Part shown: positions 44,841 to 58,100 of the stretch, piece after piece
Numbering within the stretch: the first letter of the stretch is position 1
Layout of the letters: every line of letters begins with the position of its first letter
Assembly: GCA_026936335.1 (NCBI GenBank)
Contig: JAPMXV010000025.1
Location: 124,001 to 188,000, forward strand
Length of the DNA stretch: 64,000 nucleotides
Origin: Mantamonas sphyraenae STR306
Taxonomy: Eukaryota > Protista > CRuMs
Direction of reading: 5' to 3'
Position numbers and translations under genes: made by a program
The notes under the pieces: generated by a model
Told to the model about the DNA's origin: nothing
Databases searched by the model: none
The model's input: only the letters and a program-made list of their open reading frames with translations

Positions 44841-46719
44841 TCACCTCCCTTGCGCATCCAAACCAAACGTCACCGGCGACGCCAACGTAACCACGCCATG
44901 GCGCATAAACGTACCATCGCGCAGGTCCAAGGCGCCCAGCATCTTTACAGAGCCCAGAACCTCCCACGTGCCACTGAGCAGCGTCAATGTACCCACTTCC
45001 ATGGATCCATGGACACGCAGAGTACCGCCCTGGCCGATGTGTACGGCATCGAAGCGAGCGCCAGTGTTGTGGACGCGCACTTCGCCACCCTGGGCCACGA
45101 CGAGGTCGTCCAGGACGGCGTTGCTGAGCCACGTCACTGTGGACGACGCCACACGCAGACGCAGACGCGACGTCTGTCCCTCCACATGCCATGCACCCAC
45201 CGTCTGGAGCGGGTCCTGTGCCGACGGGTTGCCCCGCAGTGCACCGTGCTGCATGACTGTCATCTTGCTGTTCATCGTAGCGACACCATCCAGTGTCACG
45301 TTGGCTCCTGCCATCACACGCAGCTCGCATGCACCCGCGGTGCCGTTGACCGAGCCGTACAGCGAGGCCTCGCCGTAGAAGGACACGGTGGCGTTGCTGT
45401 CACACACCAGGTTGTGCACAGCCATGGAGCCAAAGGCATGCACATGGCTGCTCACACGGGCCTGGGACAGCGTGTGCATCGAGCCACCGAGATCGGCGCC
45501 TGTCAGCGTCGTCACACCGTTTCCACGCAGCCATGCGTTGGATGCCATGTCCAGCACACCCGTCACCTGCACGTCGGTGTTCACTTGAAGCACACCACCC
45601 GCAGGCACGCGTGCATTCAGCACCTGTGTGCTCACACCGACGCTCAACACGCCGTTGTTGCTTGTCAGGATGTTCACCACACGCAGCTGCGTCGTGTTTC
45701 CGCTCACTCCACCGCCGTCCGACAGTGTCACTGTGTTCATCCACAGTTGCGGGTCCTGCGCAACACCAATGAACGCACCCTGCACCACACTGCCTGTGCC
45801 GTGCACGTGTGTGTCGCCTGCGAGAGCTGCGCCACGCACGATCTCCAGCACGCTTCCTGACAGCACGGTTACGTTGCCCCAGACGAGCGCACGGTCCACG
45901 CGTGCCACTGTGGCCTGCGAAAGCACCACCGAGGCATTCGAGGGAACCAGCACACTGTCTGTGGCGTTGGGCACACGCCCGGCATCCCAGTTGGCGCTGA
46001 CGTTCCAGTCGCCGCCGGCTGCGCCCACAAAGGTCAGCGTGGGCACAAACGGCGCCACGGTGACGTTGAGCACTGCCTGGCGCGAGTAGGCCGGTCCAGC
46101 GCCGTGGTTGCCCAGGTCGTAGACACTCACCACGAGGGGATCGACACCCGAGGACAGACCAGGGACGCTTGCGTAGCGCAGGGTGGCCAGCTGGGCGTTG
46201 ATGGAGCCGAGAGTGCCCACCACATCGATCTGCAGCTTGTCTGGATGCGACACCGTCGACAGGCGTCCATGGGTGGCACTGATGACCAAACGCATGTTGC
46301 CATCGACCTGTGCGGCATCCACATCCGTCACAGAGATGCCTGCCACGTGCACACTGTCCAAATAGTCCACAGTGAGCTCTGTGGGCATGCCAACAATGTG
46401 CACGGGGTCGTTCACGGCGGTGACGTTGACAGTGAGCACAAACACGGCCTGTGTGGCAGGGCCACCGGTGAAGCCGTTGTGGTTCACCACCACTGTCACG
46501 GTGTCGCCACCCACGTGATGCACAGGCGCATGGTACACGAGTGTTGTCAGCAACGCGTTGATCTGCGTCAGCGTGCCGTTGTTCACCACCACGGATCCGT
46601 TGCCCGCGGCACCGGCTGCCAGCTCCACCGTGCCCAGCGTGGCACTCACGTTGAGGGTGAGCACGCCAGCCGCGGCATCGGGGTCTGCCACGCGCATAAA
46701 GGGCACGTGGAAGCTGCTG
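44841..46719 (-). pseudogene. 3' fragment of the giant gene, copy 3
   Basis: Near-identical to 52105-53983. Confidence 0.85.
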
Positions 46720-47240
46720 CCCTCGGCGTGGGTGAACCAGGTGCCCTTGATGGAGAACAGGACGACAACACGTACGTCACACCCGAGGGAGAGATTGTAC
46801 AGCGGTTCGACAAGAAGCGCACCGAGGTGCCCAAGTTTGTGTTTATCCCAGACAAGACGCAGCCGCGGACCAACTGGCTGAACAGCATCACGGACAACAA
46901 ATGCGGCCAGAGTCTGATCCTGGGCTCGACCATGGGCGCAGGGATCGGTCTGTCGATTGGGTTTGTGGGTGGCTTCCTTGCCGCACTGTTCTCTGGCCTT
47001 CCACGCTCAGAGATCCCTCGGTACACGGTGAAACGGGCGCTGCAGAGCGGCGGCTTCTTCACGTTTCTGCTGGCGACTGCGTTTGGCCTGCGCTGTGACA
47101 CTCTGCCACACAACACAGCCACGATCTATTCTCTGTACAACGGCGTCGGGGGTGGCGTTGTGTCACGTCATGATGTACACACCAGTGTGTCGATTGTGAC
47201 TTTGGAGGAGGAGGGGGAGGAGGGGGAGGCGACGATGTGA
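46707..47240 (+). pseudogene. Romo1/Mgr2-like ORF, copy 3
   Basis: Near-identical to 31761-32300 with a shorter GAG run; the frame is open upstream to 46104. Confidence 0.7.
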
Positions 47241-47689
47241 TGATGATCAGGCGGGTGGTGGAGGGGGGTGCATGGGTGTGTTGGGTGCACACACGGTGGG
47301 AATGGGTGGAGTGGTGGGGGAAGGGTGGGATGGTGGGAGGACGGGGAGGATTCGGGTGGGAGAGGAGGAAGGGGTGGGGAAGGAGGGAGAGGGGACGAAT
47401 GAATGGATGCTTGGGAATATGGTTGCGAGGTGGGTGGGGGCAGATTGGAGGGGGGGGGGTGGTTGGAGAGAGGTGGGGAGGTGGATGCGTGGAGGGGACC
47501 ACCGGAACTTGGAAAGGAGACAAGGTTTGTTTTGGAGGGTGTGTGTGGGAACGGTGGTGGTGGTGGCGATGGATGGGTGGGGTGGAGTGAGGTGGGGAAG
47601 AGCGGGGGAGGGGTGGAAGGGGAAAGAGGAAAAGAAGGGGGGACATCGGAGCGGGAGCTGACACGTGGGACAGAACTGGTTGATCGATC

Positions 47690-50600
47690 ATGAGCACAAC
47701 ACGAAAAGTGGATTGGGAGGCACTGCTGGAGAGCGGCGATGTGGAACGCATTGGGGTGGCATTGGCAGAGGCAGGAAAGGTGGGTTTGCGGGAGAGACGA
47801 GAGGGAAAAATTGGTTGACGTGTGGGTGGAGAGGATGGTTGAGGATTGAGGAAGGAGTGAATGGGGGCGATTGGGATTGGGTGGAAGTGGGTGGGTGGGT
47901 GGATGCGGGGGGTGATGGCTGACGCAGGTGGTGCAGGAATTGAACCTGGGAGGGAAGAGTCTTGGGGACGAACGTGTGGCAGCCCTGGCAAAGGCATTGG
48001 GAAGGAACAGCAGCTTGAAGAGGCTGTACCTCCACAGCAACAGCGTTGGAGCAGAAGGAGCAGAAGCACTGGCGCAGGGACTGATTAAGAACAGCAGCTT
48101 GCAGACACTGTTCCTCAACAGCAACAGCATCGGCGACAAAGGAGCAGCAGCACTGGCGCAGGTACTGAGTGAGAATGGCAACTTGCAGTCGCTGTTCCTT
48201 GACTACAACAGCATCGGCGACAAAGGAGCAGCAGCACTGGCGCAGGGACTGAGTGAAAATGGCAACTTGCAGGCACTGTACCTCAGCAACAACAGCATCG
48301 GAGCAGAAGGAGCAGCAGCACTGGCGCAGGCACTGTGTGAGAACAGCAGCTTGCAGAGACTGGACCTTGACAAGAACGGCATCGGAGCAGATGGAGCAGC
48401 AGCACTGGCGCACGCACTGAGTGAGAACAGCAGCTTGCAGGGACTGTACCTTGACAACAACAGCATCGGAGCAGAAGGAGTCGCAGCACTGGCCGCAGCA
48501 CTGGAATCCAACCACACCTGCTGGTACATGCCTGGTGTAGACGATGATGCAGTCAAGCAGCGTCTCTCTCGCAACAAGGAGCACGCAGATGCGTTCCTCG
48601 CCGCCACCCGCTCTGCCGACACCGATGCCATGCAGGAGCAGCTGGATTGGGGTGTTCACGTCGATGCCTGGCCTGACAGACATAACACAGCCCTTACCTT
48701 TGCTGTGAACGACAACGACGTTGAACTGTGTGCATGGCTGATCGAGCGTGGTGCGAATCCACTCACTCGCCCAAATGGCACCAAACCCAATGCCCTGCAG
48801 CTGGCCCAGAAAAAAGTCAACACGGCCATCCTGGACCTGCTCTCCGCAGCAATCGATCCTGTTGACCCATCCTGGCCAGCATACGCCACAGCAACAGCCA
48901 ATGTGGAGCTTGTGACTGAGCTGGATGCCATGCTGACAGCACTGTCATCATCATCGTCTGGACACACGAGCGTGGCGGATGTTGTGTCTGTGCTGAACGA
49001 CAGCGCAAAGACGACACCAATGCGCGAGGCATCGTCTGTGCAGGAACACCTGGAGACTGTGATCGCAGACACTGAGGTGGCATCGACACACCATGCTGTG
49101 CTGGACACGGTGAAGGAGAGTGTGGACGAGGAGAACGCACGTGCACGCACACTCCTGGCTGCAGCTGCTCCACACGCTGCACAAGCACAGCAGACACGGT
49201 GGACAGCAGAACAGGAAGAAGTGGAGAGGCTGGTGGCGACACACAAGCAAGCGGCGAGACAGCGAAAGGCAGGGACGACGATTGAAGCCAAGACGAGTGC
49301 ACGGGAAGTGGAACTGCAGACGAGTGTGGAGCTGGTGGGAGCGTGTGCACAACGGGCAGAGAAGAGGATGGCAATGCGGAGGGAGGTGTATGGAGCAGCA
49401 GGAGAGGTGTGGGAGGGAGTGTGGAAGGAAGCAGCAGCAGGAGAACCATCGTCGTCACCTGGAGGATGGATTGCAGAACGGGCAGAGGCACAACGGGAGC
49501 ATGTGTTGGCACAGGCTGGGGTCACACGGGAGGAGGGAAGACGGTATGCAGCTGGGCTGGAGCAACTGGAGGCCAACACAGGAGAGCTGGAGGCACGGAA
49601 GGAGGCACTGGGTGCAGAGGAGGAGGAGGTGCGGATGGCGAAGGAGGCGCGTGTGACAGAGATGGAACGAGAGATTGAAGAGCTGGAGACCAGACTGGCA
49701 CAGCTGCGCAGGGACAAGGCTGCTGAGGAGGAGGCATTGCGTGAGCTGCCTGCTGTGTACAGACAAGAGCGCAAGCAGATCGAAGCAACACTGAAACAAT
49801 GTGAGAACTGGCGCACACAGCTGCGGATGCTGTGTGAGCGTCAGGAGGGACTCACACATGCGCTGGAGCAGCTGGCAGAGGCGAGCAAGGAGCATCTGGA
49901 AGAAACCGCTGAAGCAGTGGGCCACACAGAGCAACAGCTGCAGACACAACACAGAGCAGAACAGACGATGACCAAAGAGGCAGCCGAGTTGGCATGTGGG
50001 TCGCTGGCAGGGGAACTTCAACGTCTGGAACGGTCGAAAGGACCGAAGCAGAAGCGTGTGCAGCAGGCAGAGGCAGACATGCTGCGGTACCTGGAGGAGG
50101 AGCTGACCGAAGAGTACAACCGAGCACGGGAGGAGCGGGAGCAGGCAGCAGCGGGTGTGAAGCAGGTGGAGGCGATGCAGACCGAGCGGCTGGAAACGCT
50201 GAATGCAGCCGAGGCACTGCTGGGCAAGGAGGCATCGAGTCTGGCGGCGGTGCTTGCAGGGGAGGACAGACGAGGGTCATCGAACAACTGGACACCGCCT
50301 GGGTCGCCACTGGGATCAGAGGTGGAGAGTAGCGGAGACGAGTCGCTGGAGATCCCGTGGTCGGATCTGTCGAAAGGGGAACTGCTGGGAGAGGGCGGGT
50401 TTGCGTTTGTGTACAAGGGGATGCTGCGTGGAAGCACGCCAGTAGCCATCAAGATGATGAAGTTACAGGTGATGGATTCTGAACACGCAGCAGCATTCAA
50501 CCACGAGGTGCGGACGATGAAGGGACTGAAGCACAGGAACATGATCACACTGCACGGAGTGTGCGTGGAACCGGAGCATGTGTGCATGGTGACGGAACTG

Positions 50601-51713
50601 TGTGAGCTTGGGTCGCTGCACAGGCTGCTGCACGAGAGGGGCGAGGGTGCGGAAGGGCTGTCTGAGGAGGCCAAGGTGCAGATAGCACGAGATGTGGCAG
50701 ACGGGATGGCATACCTGCACGGATACAAACCACCGATCATGCACAGGGACCTGAAGCCAGAGAATGTGCTGCTGGACAGGCGTGGCGTGGCACGGATCAG
50801 CGACTTTGGGCTGAGCCGGGTAAAGGAGCACACCAAGACGAAAACCAAGTCAGGGGCCGGCTCATGGCAGTACATGGCCCCTGAGCTGCTGTTGGATGAT
50901 GATGACACGGACAGCGACGAGGAGGAGGATGCAGGGGCGTCGTCCTCGAGCGTTTCCATGCGGACGTTTGACGAAAAGGTGGATGTGTTTGCGTTTGGGA
51001 TGCTGTTGTGGGAGATGATGCATGAAGTGCAGCCGTACAGCGGAAAGGCAGGCTTCTCGATGGCCAAGTTGATCTCCCGATGGGGGAAGAAGCCGGACAA
51101 GCGAGAGAAGATCGACACGAGCGTGTGTCCGGGATGGGCGACAAAGCTGATTGAGCAGTGCTGGGCGACGGATCCATCGCAACGGCCTCCGTTCACACAG
51201 ATTGTGGCGACGCTGGACACGGTGGAGGTGATGAAGAAGGAAGAGATGCACTCGCAGGTGGAGATTGTGAGCATCCTGCACGAGATGCAAGGGACACAGG
51301 CACAGATCCTGGACGCGATGCAGTTTGACCACGAGGCATGGCAGGCACAGGTGGCTGCACTGGACCCGAGGGCGCAGGAGGAGATTGTCACTGCGCTGAA
51401 GCAGGTACAAAGCGACACGGAATCACTAAAGAGGAGGAGTGGCCAACAGAGCAAGGCGATCCGGTTCCTGGAAGAGCAGGTACCACAGTTGCGGACATGG
51501 CTGACAGAGGTGCAGACACGAGCAGAGGCACAAGGGCTGAACGCAGCAGATGTGGACATTGTGCGTGCGCAACTGGCTGCCATGGAGCAGGATGTGATGG
51601 AAGTGAAAGAGCGGGTGAGCAGTCAAGGAGCAGCGATGGTGGGAGTGCAAGCGAAGCTGGTGACGGTGGAGATTGGGATGGGGGAGAGTGGAGAGGATGA
51701 TGAAGGAGTGTGA
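47690..51713 (+). CDS. LRR-ankyrin-coiled coil-TKL kinase, copy 4; exons 47690-47779 and 47928-51713
   Basis: As copy 1, with 6 LRR units. Exon 1 (MSTTRKVDWEALLESGD...) keeps its frame and length despite substitutions, which supports the exon call. Confidence 0.92.
47928..48518 (+). repeat. 84-bp LRR tandem repeat, 6 units plus an N-terminal repeat
   Basis: Counted in the translation. ORF lengths of 1261, 1289 and 1317 aa differ in steps of 28. Confidence 0.95.
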
Positions 51714-52104
51714 AGCCATGAAGGAAGGAGTCGGGTGTAGAGGACCATGTCTGACACGATGTGTAACGAGTGAACGAGTGTACACACAAGGACTGGGTGA
51801 TTGCAGGGAGGACAGGGGATCCCAACCCCCGAGCAGGGTGCAAAAGCATGTTGAACGAGAACTGGAGGCAGCAGCAATTGATTCTACCCAACATGGAAGA
51901 AACACGAGCAAACAAGGCAGCGTGTCACTTCAACACATCCATTCCAACCTCTTTGCGGACACCACCAACCACTCAACACAACTCCTCAACGACTGGGAAC
52001 GGGGGTCTCTCCATTCGACTCTCACGTCATCACAAATCCCACACACACCAACCCCCAATCCTTGCCAGTCTTGTGTACCATCCACTCATCCACTCATCCA
52101 CTCA

Positions 52105-55100
52105 TCACCTCCCTTGCGCATCCAAACCAAACGTCACCGGCGACGCCAACGTAACCACGCCATGGCGCATAAACGTACCATCGCGCAGGTCCAAGGCGCC
52201 CAGCATCTTTACAGAGCCCAGAACCTCCCACGTGCCACTGAGCAGCGTCAATGTACCCACTTCCATGGATCCATGGACACGCAGAGTACCGCCCTGGCCG
52301 ATGTGTACGGCATCGAAGCGAGCGCCAGTGTTGTGGACGCGCACCTCGCCACCCTGGGCCACGACGAGGTCATCCAGGACGGCGTTGCTGAGCCACGTCA
52401 CTGTGGACGACGCCACACGCAGACGCAGACGCGACGTCTGTCCCTCCACATGCCATGCACCCACCGTCTGGAGCGGGTCCTGTGCCGACGGGTTGCCCCG
52501 CAGTGCACCGTGCTGCATGACTGTCATCTTGCTGTTCATCGTAGCAACGCCATCCAGTGTCACGTTGGCTCCTGCCATCACACGCAGCTCGCATGCACCC
52601 GCGGTGCCGTTGACCGAGCCGTACAGCGAGGCCTCGCCGTAGAAGGACACAGTGGCGTTGCTGTCACACACCAGGTTGTGCACAGCCATGGAGCCAAAGG
52701 CATGCACATGGCTGCTCACACGGGCCTGGGACAGCGTGTGCATCGAGCCACCGAGATCGGCGCCTGTCAGCGTCGTCACACCGTTTCCACGCAGCCATGC
52801 GTTGGTTGCCATGTCCAGCACACCCGTCACCTGCACGTCGGTGTTCACCTGAAGCACACCGCCCGCAGGCACGCGTGCATTCAGCACCTGTGTGCTCACA
52901 CCGACGCTCAACACGCCGTTGTTGCTTGTCAGGATGTTCACCACACGCAGCTGCGTCGTGTTTCCGCTCACTCCACCGCCTTCCGACAGTGTCACTGTGT
53001 TCATCCACAGTTGCGGGTCCTGCGCAACACCAGTGAACGCACCCTGCACCACGCTGCCTGTGCCGTGCACGTGTGTGTCGCCTGCGAGAGCTGCGCCACG
53101 CACGATCTCCAGCACGCTTCCTGACAGCACGGTTACGTTGCCCCAGGCGAGCGCACGGTCCACGCGTGCCACTGTGGCCTGCGAAAGCACCACCGAGGCA
53201 TTCGAGGGAACCAGCACACTGTCTGTGGCGTTGGGCACACGCCCGGCATCCCAGTTGGCGCTGACGTTCCAGTCGCCGCCGGCTGCGCCCACAAAGGTCA
53301 GCGTGGGCACAAACGGCGCCACGGTGACGTTGAGCACCGCCTGGCGCGAGTAGGCCGGTCCAGCGCCGTGGTTACCCAGGTCGTAGACGCTGACGACGAG
53401 GGGATCGACACCCGAGGACAGGCCAGGGACGCTTGCGTAGCGCAGGGTGGCCAGCTGGGCGTTGATGGAGCCCAGAGTGCCCACCACATCGATCTGCAGC
53501 TTGTCTGGATGCGACACCGTCGACAGGCGTCCATGGGTGGCACTGATGACCAAACGCATGTTGCCATCGACCTGTGCGGCATCCACATCCGTCACAGAGA
53601 TGCCTGCCACGTGCACACTGTCCAAATAGTCCACAGTGAGCTCTGTGGGCATGCCAACGATATGCACGGGGTCGTTCACGGCGGTGATGTTGACAGTGAG
53701 CACAAACACGGCCTGTGTGGCAGGGCCACCGGTGAAGCCGTTGTCGTTCACCACCACTGTCACGGTGTCGCCACCCACGTGATGCACAGGCGCATGGTAC
53801 ACGAGTGTTGTCAGCAACGCGTTGATCTGCGTCAGCGTGCCGTTGTTCACCACCACGGATCCGTTGCCCGCGGCACCGGCTGCCAGCTCCACCGTGCCCA
53901 GCGTGGCACTCACGTTGAGGGTGAGCACGCCAGCCGCGGCATCGGGGTCTGCCACGCGCATAAAGGGCACGTGGAAGCTGCTGTCCTCAGCCACGGTGAA
54001 CCAGGACGGCGGCAGGTGCACAAAGCGCACGGGATCGTTGCCCGAGTTGGGGATGGTCACGTTGAACACAAATGTACGTGTGGACACCTCACCGATGCCA
54101 CCTGCGCCGTTGTCGCTCACAACGACACGCACAATGTCCAATCCGGGCAGACTGCCTGCGAGGTACTCCATGCTGAGCAGTGCAGCGTTCACCTGCGCCA
54201 GCGTGCCGTTGAAGTTCAGCACGTGTGTGTCGTTTCCGCTCACCTGTGCGCCGGCAAAGGTCACGCCAGCAAACACACGCAGTGTACCCAGCGAGGCCTC
54301 GGCATGCACGCTCAGGTCGCCCAGCACCGCATCCACATCGGAGACGGAAATGCCAAACGGAAGCGCGCTCTCTTCGCTCACGTTGTACAGCCCCGAAGGC
54401 AGACCCGTGAGCACATGGACCGGATCGTTGACAAGTGTCACCACCACCGGCAGCGACGCAACACTGGCCACGCCGTCGTACTGGCGCATGCCAATGCGCA
54501 CCGTGTCCACCGCCACATTGGACTCGTTCCACTGCACGTAGCGCACACCAGCGCCGCCCATCCAGACGTTAAACTCGGCCTCGTGCGCCATGAAGCGCAG
54601 CGTGCTTGTCCCATTGCCTTCCATCATCTGGTTGGCTCCAGGCATCCACAGCGCATGCAACGTGCACGCTTCGCACGTCACATTCACCGCATACGGACGC
54701 GGCACGCCGTAAAAGATGCTCCTGTCAAGGTCGCTCGCCGTCGCCTTGATGGTGGCGTCCACACCTTCCAGCAACGTCAGCGATGTGCTCGGTTGCGTAA
54801 AGTTTACCACAGGGGCAAAGGTGGCGGTCTGCAACGCCAGCAGCACCATGTCCTCGCCACCGGCGTGCGGTGTGTCGATTCCCGGGAACGCGCCGTGCGT
54901 GGATCCTGACACGTAGACCAGGCCGTTGCAGCTGCGCACCACACCCTTGCTCCACTCCACAGTGGGTCCACCCAGCGTCAACGAGTCCATCAGGGTGCCC
55001 TCGCGCGTCAGGCGCCACAGGGCAAGATCATCTTGCGAGCGACCCGATGTGTACAACAGACCGTCGTCGCCCAACGCCACAGCCACACCGTGGCCCAGCT

Positions 55101-58100
55101 CGTTCGCTGCGCTCTGGTCCAGCACCGTCACCCACTTGGGCTTGCCATCCATGGCGCCCAGGCGCATCACAAAGCCGTCGTCACCGCCGTGGATCACCGG
55201 CCATGCGGTGACAGGCGCACCGGCCATCGATGCGGGCAGCGTCACGTTGCCGTTTGTCATGCCTGTGATCACCACGTCGTTGCTGGCTTCGTCGGTGAGG
55301 AACACCACGTCGTGCACCCAGTCGTATGTGCCGTAGCCGCCAAACACGTGCGACCACACCAGGTCGCCGTTGCTTCCGTTGAAACGTGCCACCCATGCGT
55401 CCTGCACGTTGCCCGGCTGCGAGCTGGTGCCAAACATGGCACCAATCAGGAAGCCACCTGCCACCACGTCACCATTCGGTGCCACACGCAGGCCGTGTCC
55501 TGCAACCGTGCCGTTGCCAGCATGGAGTTGCGACCACACAAGTTCACCCGACGCTGCGTGGAACTTGGATACCTCCAGGTTGCGGCTGTCGTCCCTGGCC
55601 ACCAGCAGGTACAGGTACTGGCCGTCGTCAGACAGCTCCACCAGGTTCCATGCCTCGCCCACCGACGAGCCCAACAGACGCGCCCACTCCACCTTGCCGT
55701 TCGTGTCGTCCAGCTTGGCCATGAGTGTGTCCGTGCCACCGCTGTTCACCAGCGAGCCGTAGTTGCCGATAAAGTTGGACGATACAAACACCGAGCCGCG
55801 GTTGTCAGGAACGGCGTAGTGGCCCCAAGAGCCGCCCGCGTTCACAAACTGGTTCTCCCACACCTGCACTCCGGATGCGTTGAACTTGCGCATCAGCGCA
55901 TCTGCTGCGTTCAGCGACGTGCCGCCAGCCGTGTACAACGACCCATCGTGGCCAAGGCGCAAGCGCTCCGTCCACTCGCCGTTGGACGTGCCCACACGGC
56001 GCCTAAACGGCTCCAATGGTGCACAGGGCACCGCCAGAGGCACAGTGTAGCGACGTGTTTCACCTGCTGCCAGACTCGAGGTGCTGCTCACAGTGTCCAC
56101 CACAAGGGCATCCACAGGGCCACCTGCACCCAGGGCCACCATGACATGCAGGTGAGACCACACGGCAGTCAATGCAGAGCCGTTCTGGGTCGCGCCCGTC
56201 AGACGCAGCGTCACACGCGTCGTGCCGTTGCCACTCACAGACACACCGGCCACGGCGTTGGCAGCAGGTGCAAGTGTGAGGACACACGCAGTGCACGACA
56301 CATCCACACCGTCACCAGGCAGCGAAACGCCGTGGATGCTGACGGGGAGTGTGACACCCACGTTCAGCACCTGGTCGGGGAACACCGACAGACGTGCGTC
56401 TGTCAGACCCACCACCGAAGGCGGCGAGCGGTAGCCTGTGCGCACTGCTGCAAACACGTCGTTGTTTCCAGACGCACTTGTGCCTGCAAACATACCATTG
56501 GTGGACTGGGTCATGCCCACCGAGGCCACATCGCCTGTGCATGTCACGGCGACATCCTGAACGGTGTCCAAGCCCGAACCACCCACCTGCTCCGTGCGCA
56601 GAAGCTGGCCACTGAACGCATCCATGTACAGGTATGCAATGTCCTGGCCACCCTGTGAAGACTGGCCGGGCAGTGCACCCTGGGTCACCGCAGCGACCAC
56701 GAGCACATTGTTGGACATCAGCGCAATGCTCATGGCCTGGTCCAGTGCAGCCGTGCCCACGCGTTGCTTCCACGCCACGTTGCCGTTGGCCACATGCACG
56801 GCGACCACAAACGCATCGGCGTTGCCAAGTGCATCCATGCCCAGGAACACACTCGAGTCGGTGGATCCGGACACCACAAACAGGTCCTGCACCACCACGG
56901 CGCGTCCAAGGGTCACCACATCGGCGCTGTCGCCACCGTATGTGCGAGTCCACACACGCGTGCCGTCGCTCTCGCGCAGGGCCATCACCAGGGCGTCGTT
57001 GCTTCCGCCCTGGTATGGCTGGCCATGCACCTCGGCCGTGGTGGATCCAGCCACCATCAGCGTGGTGCCATCCATGGTCAGAGACACACGTTCGGCCACG
57101 TCGTTGCCGCCTGCGCCATGCTGGCTTGTCCATTCCACGCTGCCGTTCGACACGCGCATCTTGAATGCAAGCACATCCATGCCGCCGTTGTTGGCGGCTC
57201 CGTTGACCGCACCCATTGCGTAGCCCACCACGTAGACATACTCCTGCGAGGTGCTCAATTGCATGCTGCTGGCCTCGTCGTTGCCACTGCTGCCCACCAG
57301 ACGGAACCACATCTGGGCACCCGTCGACGAGTAGCGCGCCACAAAGGCATCGCGTCCGCCGCCGTTGTACGTCTGACCAAACAGGGCGCCGCTGACATAG
57401 CCTGCCACCAACACACCGCCGTCCGACAGATACACCACGTCGTTGGCCACATCGGCGCCGGCGGTGCCAAACTGCACCTGCCAGCCGCCGCTGCCCTGGC
57501 TGTTCCACACGCGCACAAACGCATCGGCCGAGCCCGAATGGGCACCGGCCAGAGCGGCGTCCGAGTATCCGGCCATTGCCACATCGCCGTAGCGATCGAC
57601 AGCCACAGCCTGGGCCACCTCGTTCGATGCAGTGCCTTGGCGCACCAAAAAGGGCGTCACGTCACCGCACAGCACGTCGACATTCACCACGTACTCGCGC
57701 ACGTCGTTGGCGCCCGTGTTGCCCTCGTTGTTGAGCTTCAGCGTGATTGGTTCGTCTGCGTTGCTGCCGTTGAAGCGCACGTGCAGGCTACGCAGCCATG
57801 CTTGGACCTGCGTCACGTTGGCCGTCACCTCGGCCACTGTGGACATGCCCGTGCTGTTGGCCACCACCACCACCTCACTGCCGTTGACCAGCGTGGTCAC
57901 CGCAGGCATCCACATGGTGCACTCCACACACGACACCTGCAGATGCACACGTGGCACCTCCACACCAAACGTCAGCTGGGTCACATTGGCACTCAGGCGT
58001 TCGCCCAGCACCACTGTGTCGCCACTCGTCACCTCGAAACGTGTCGTGCTCAGTGCCACCTCGGGCGGCCTGTCCAGATCGCGCTTCACCACGAAAAAGT

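Larger units (their letters stand above)
25150..53983 (+). repeat. Tandem array of four ~7.3-7.5 kb units (Romo1-like fragment, G-rich spacer, LRR-ANK-kinase, 3' fragment of the giant gene); the first unit lacks its left end
   Basis: Repeated ORF sets with kinase exon 2 at 25631, 32996, 40457 and 47928. The same junction recurs at ~31773, ~39255 and ~46719, and the last unit runs into the intact giant gene at 53983. Confidence 0.97.

Noticed and set aside
25631-48518. Diversity-generating retroelement acting on the LRRs (many variable codons look like AAC changed to NNC)
   Set aside because: No reverse transcriptase or template repeat in the window. Silent adenines (GCA GCA GCA) are mostly unchanged, and variants such as CGA, AGG, AGA and AAG break the rule. 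C-ending codon bias explains the pattern.
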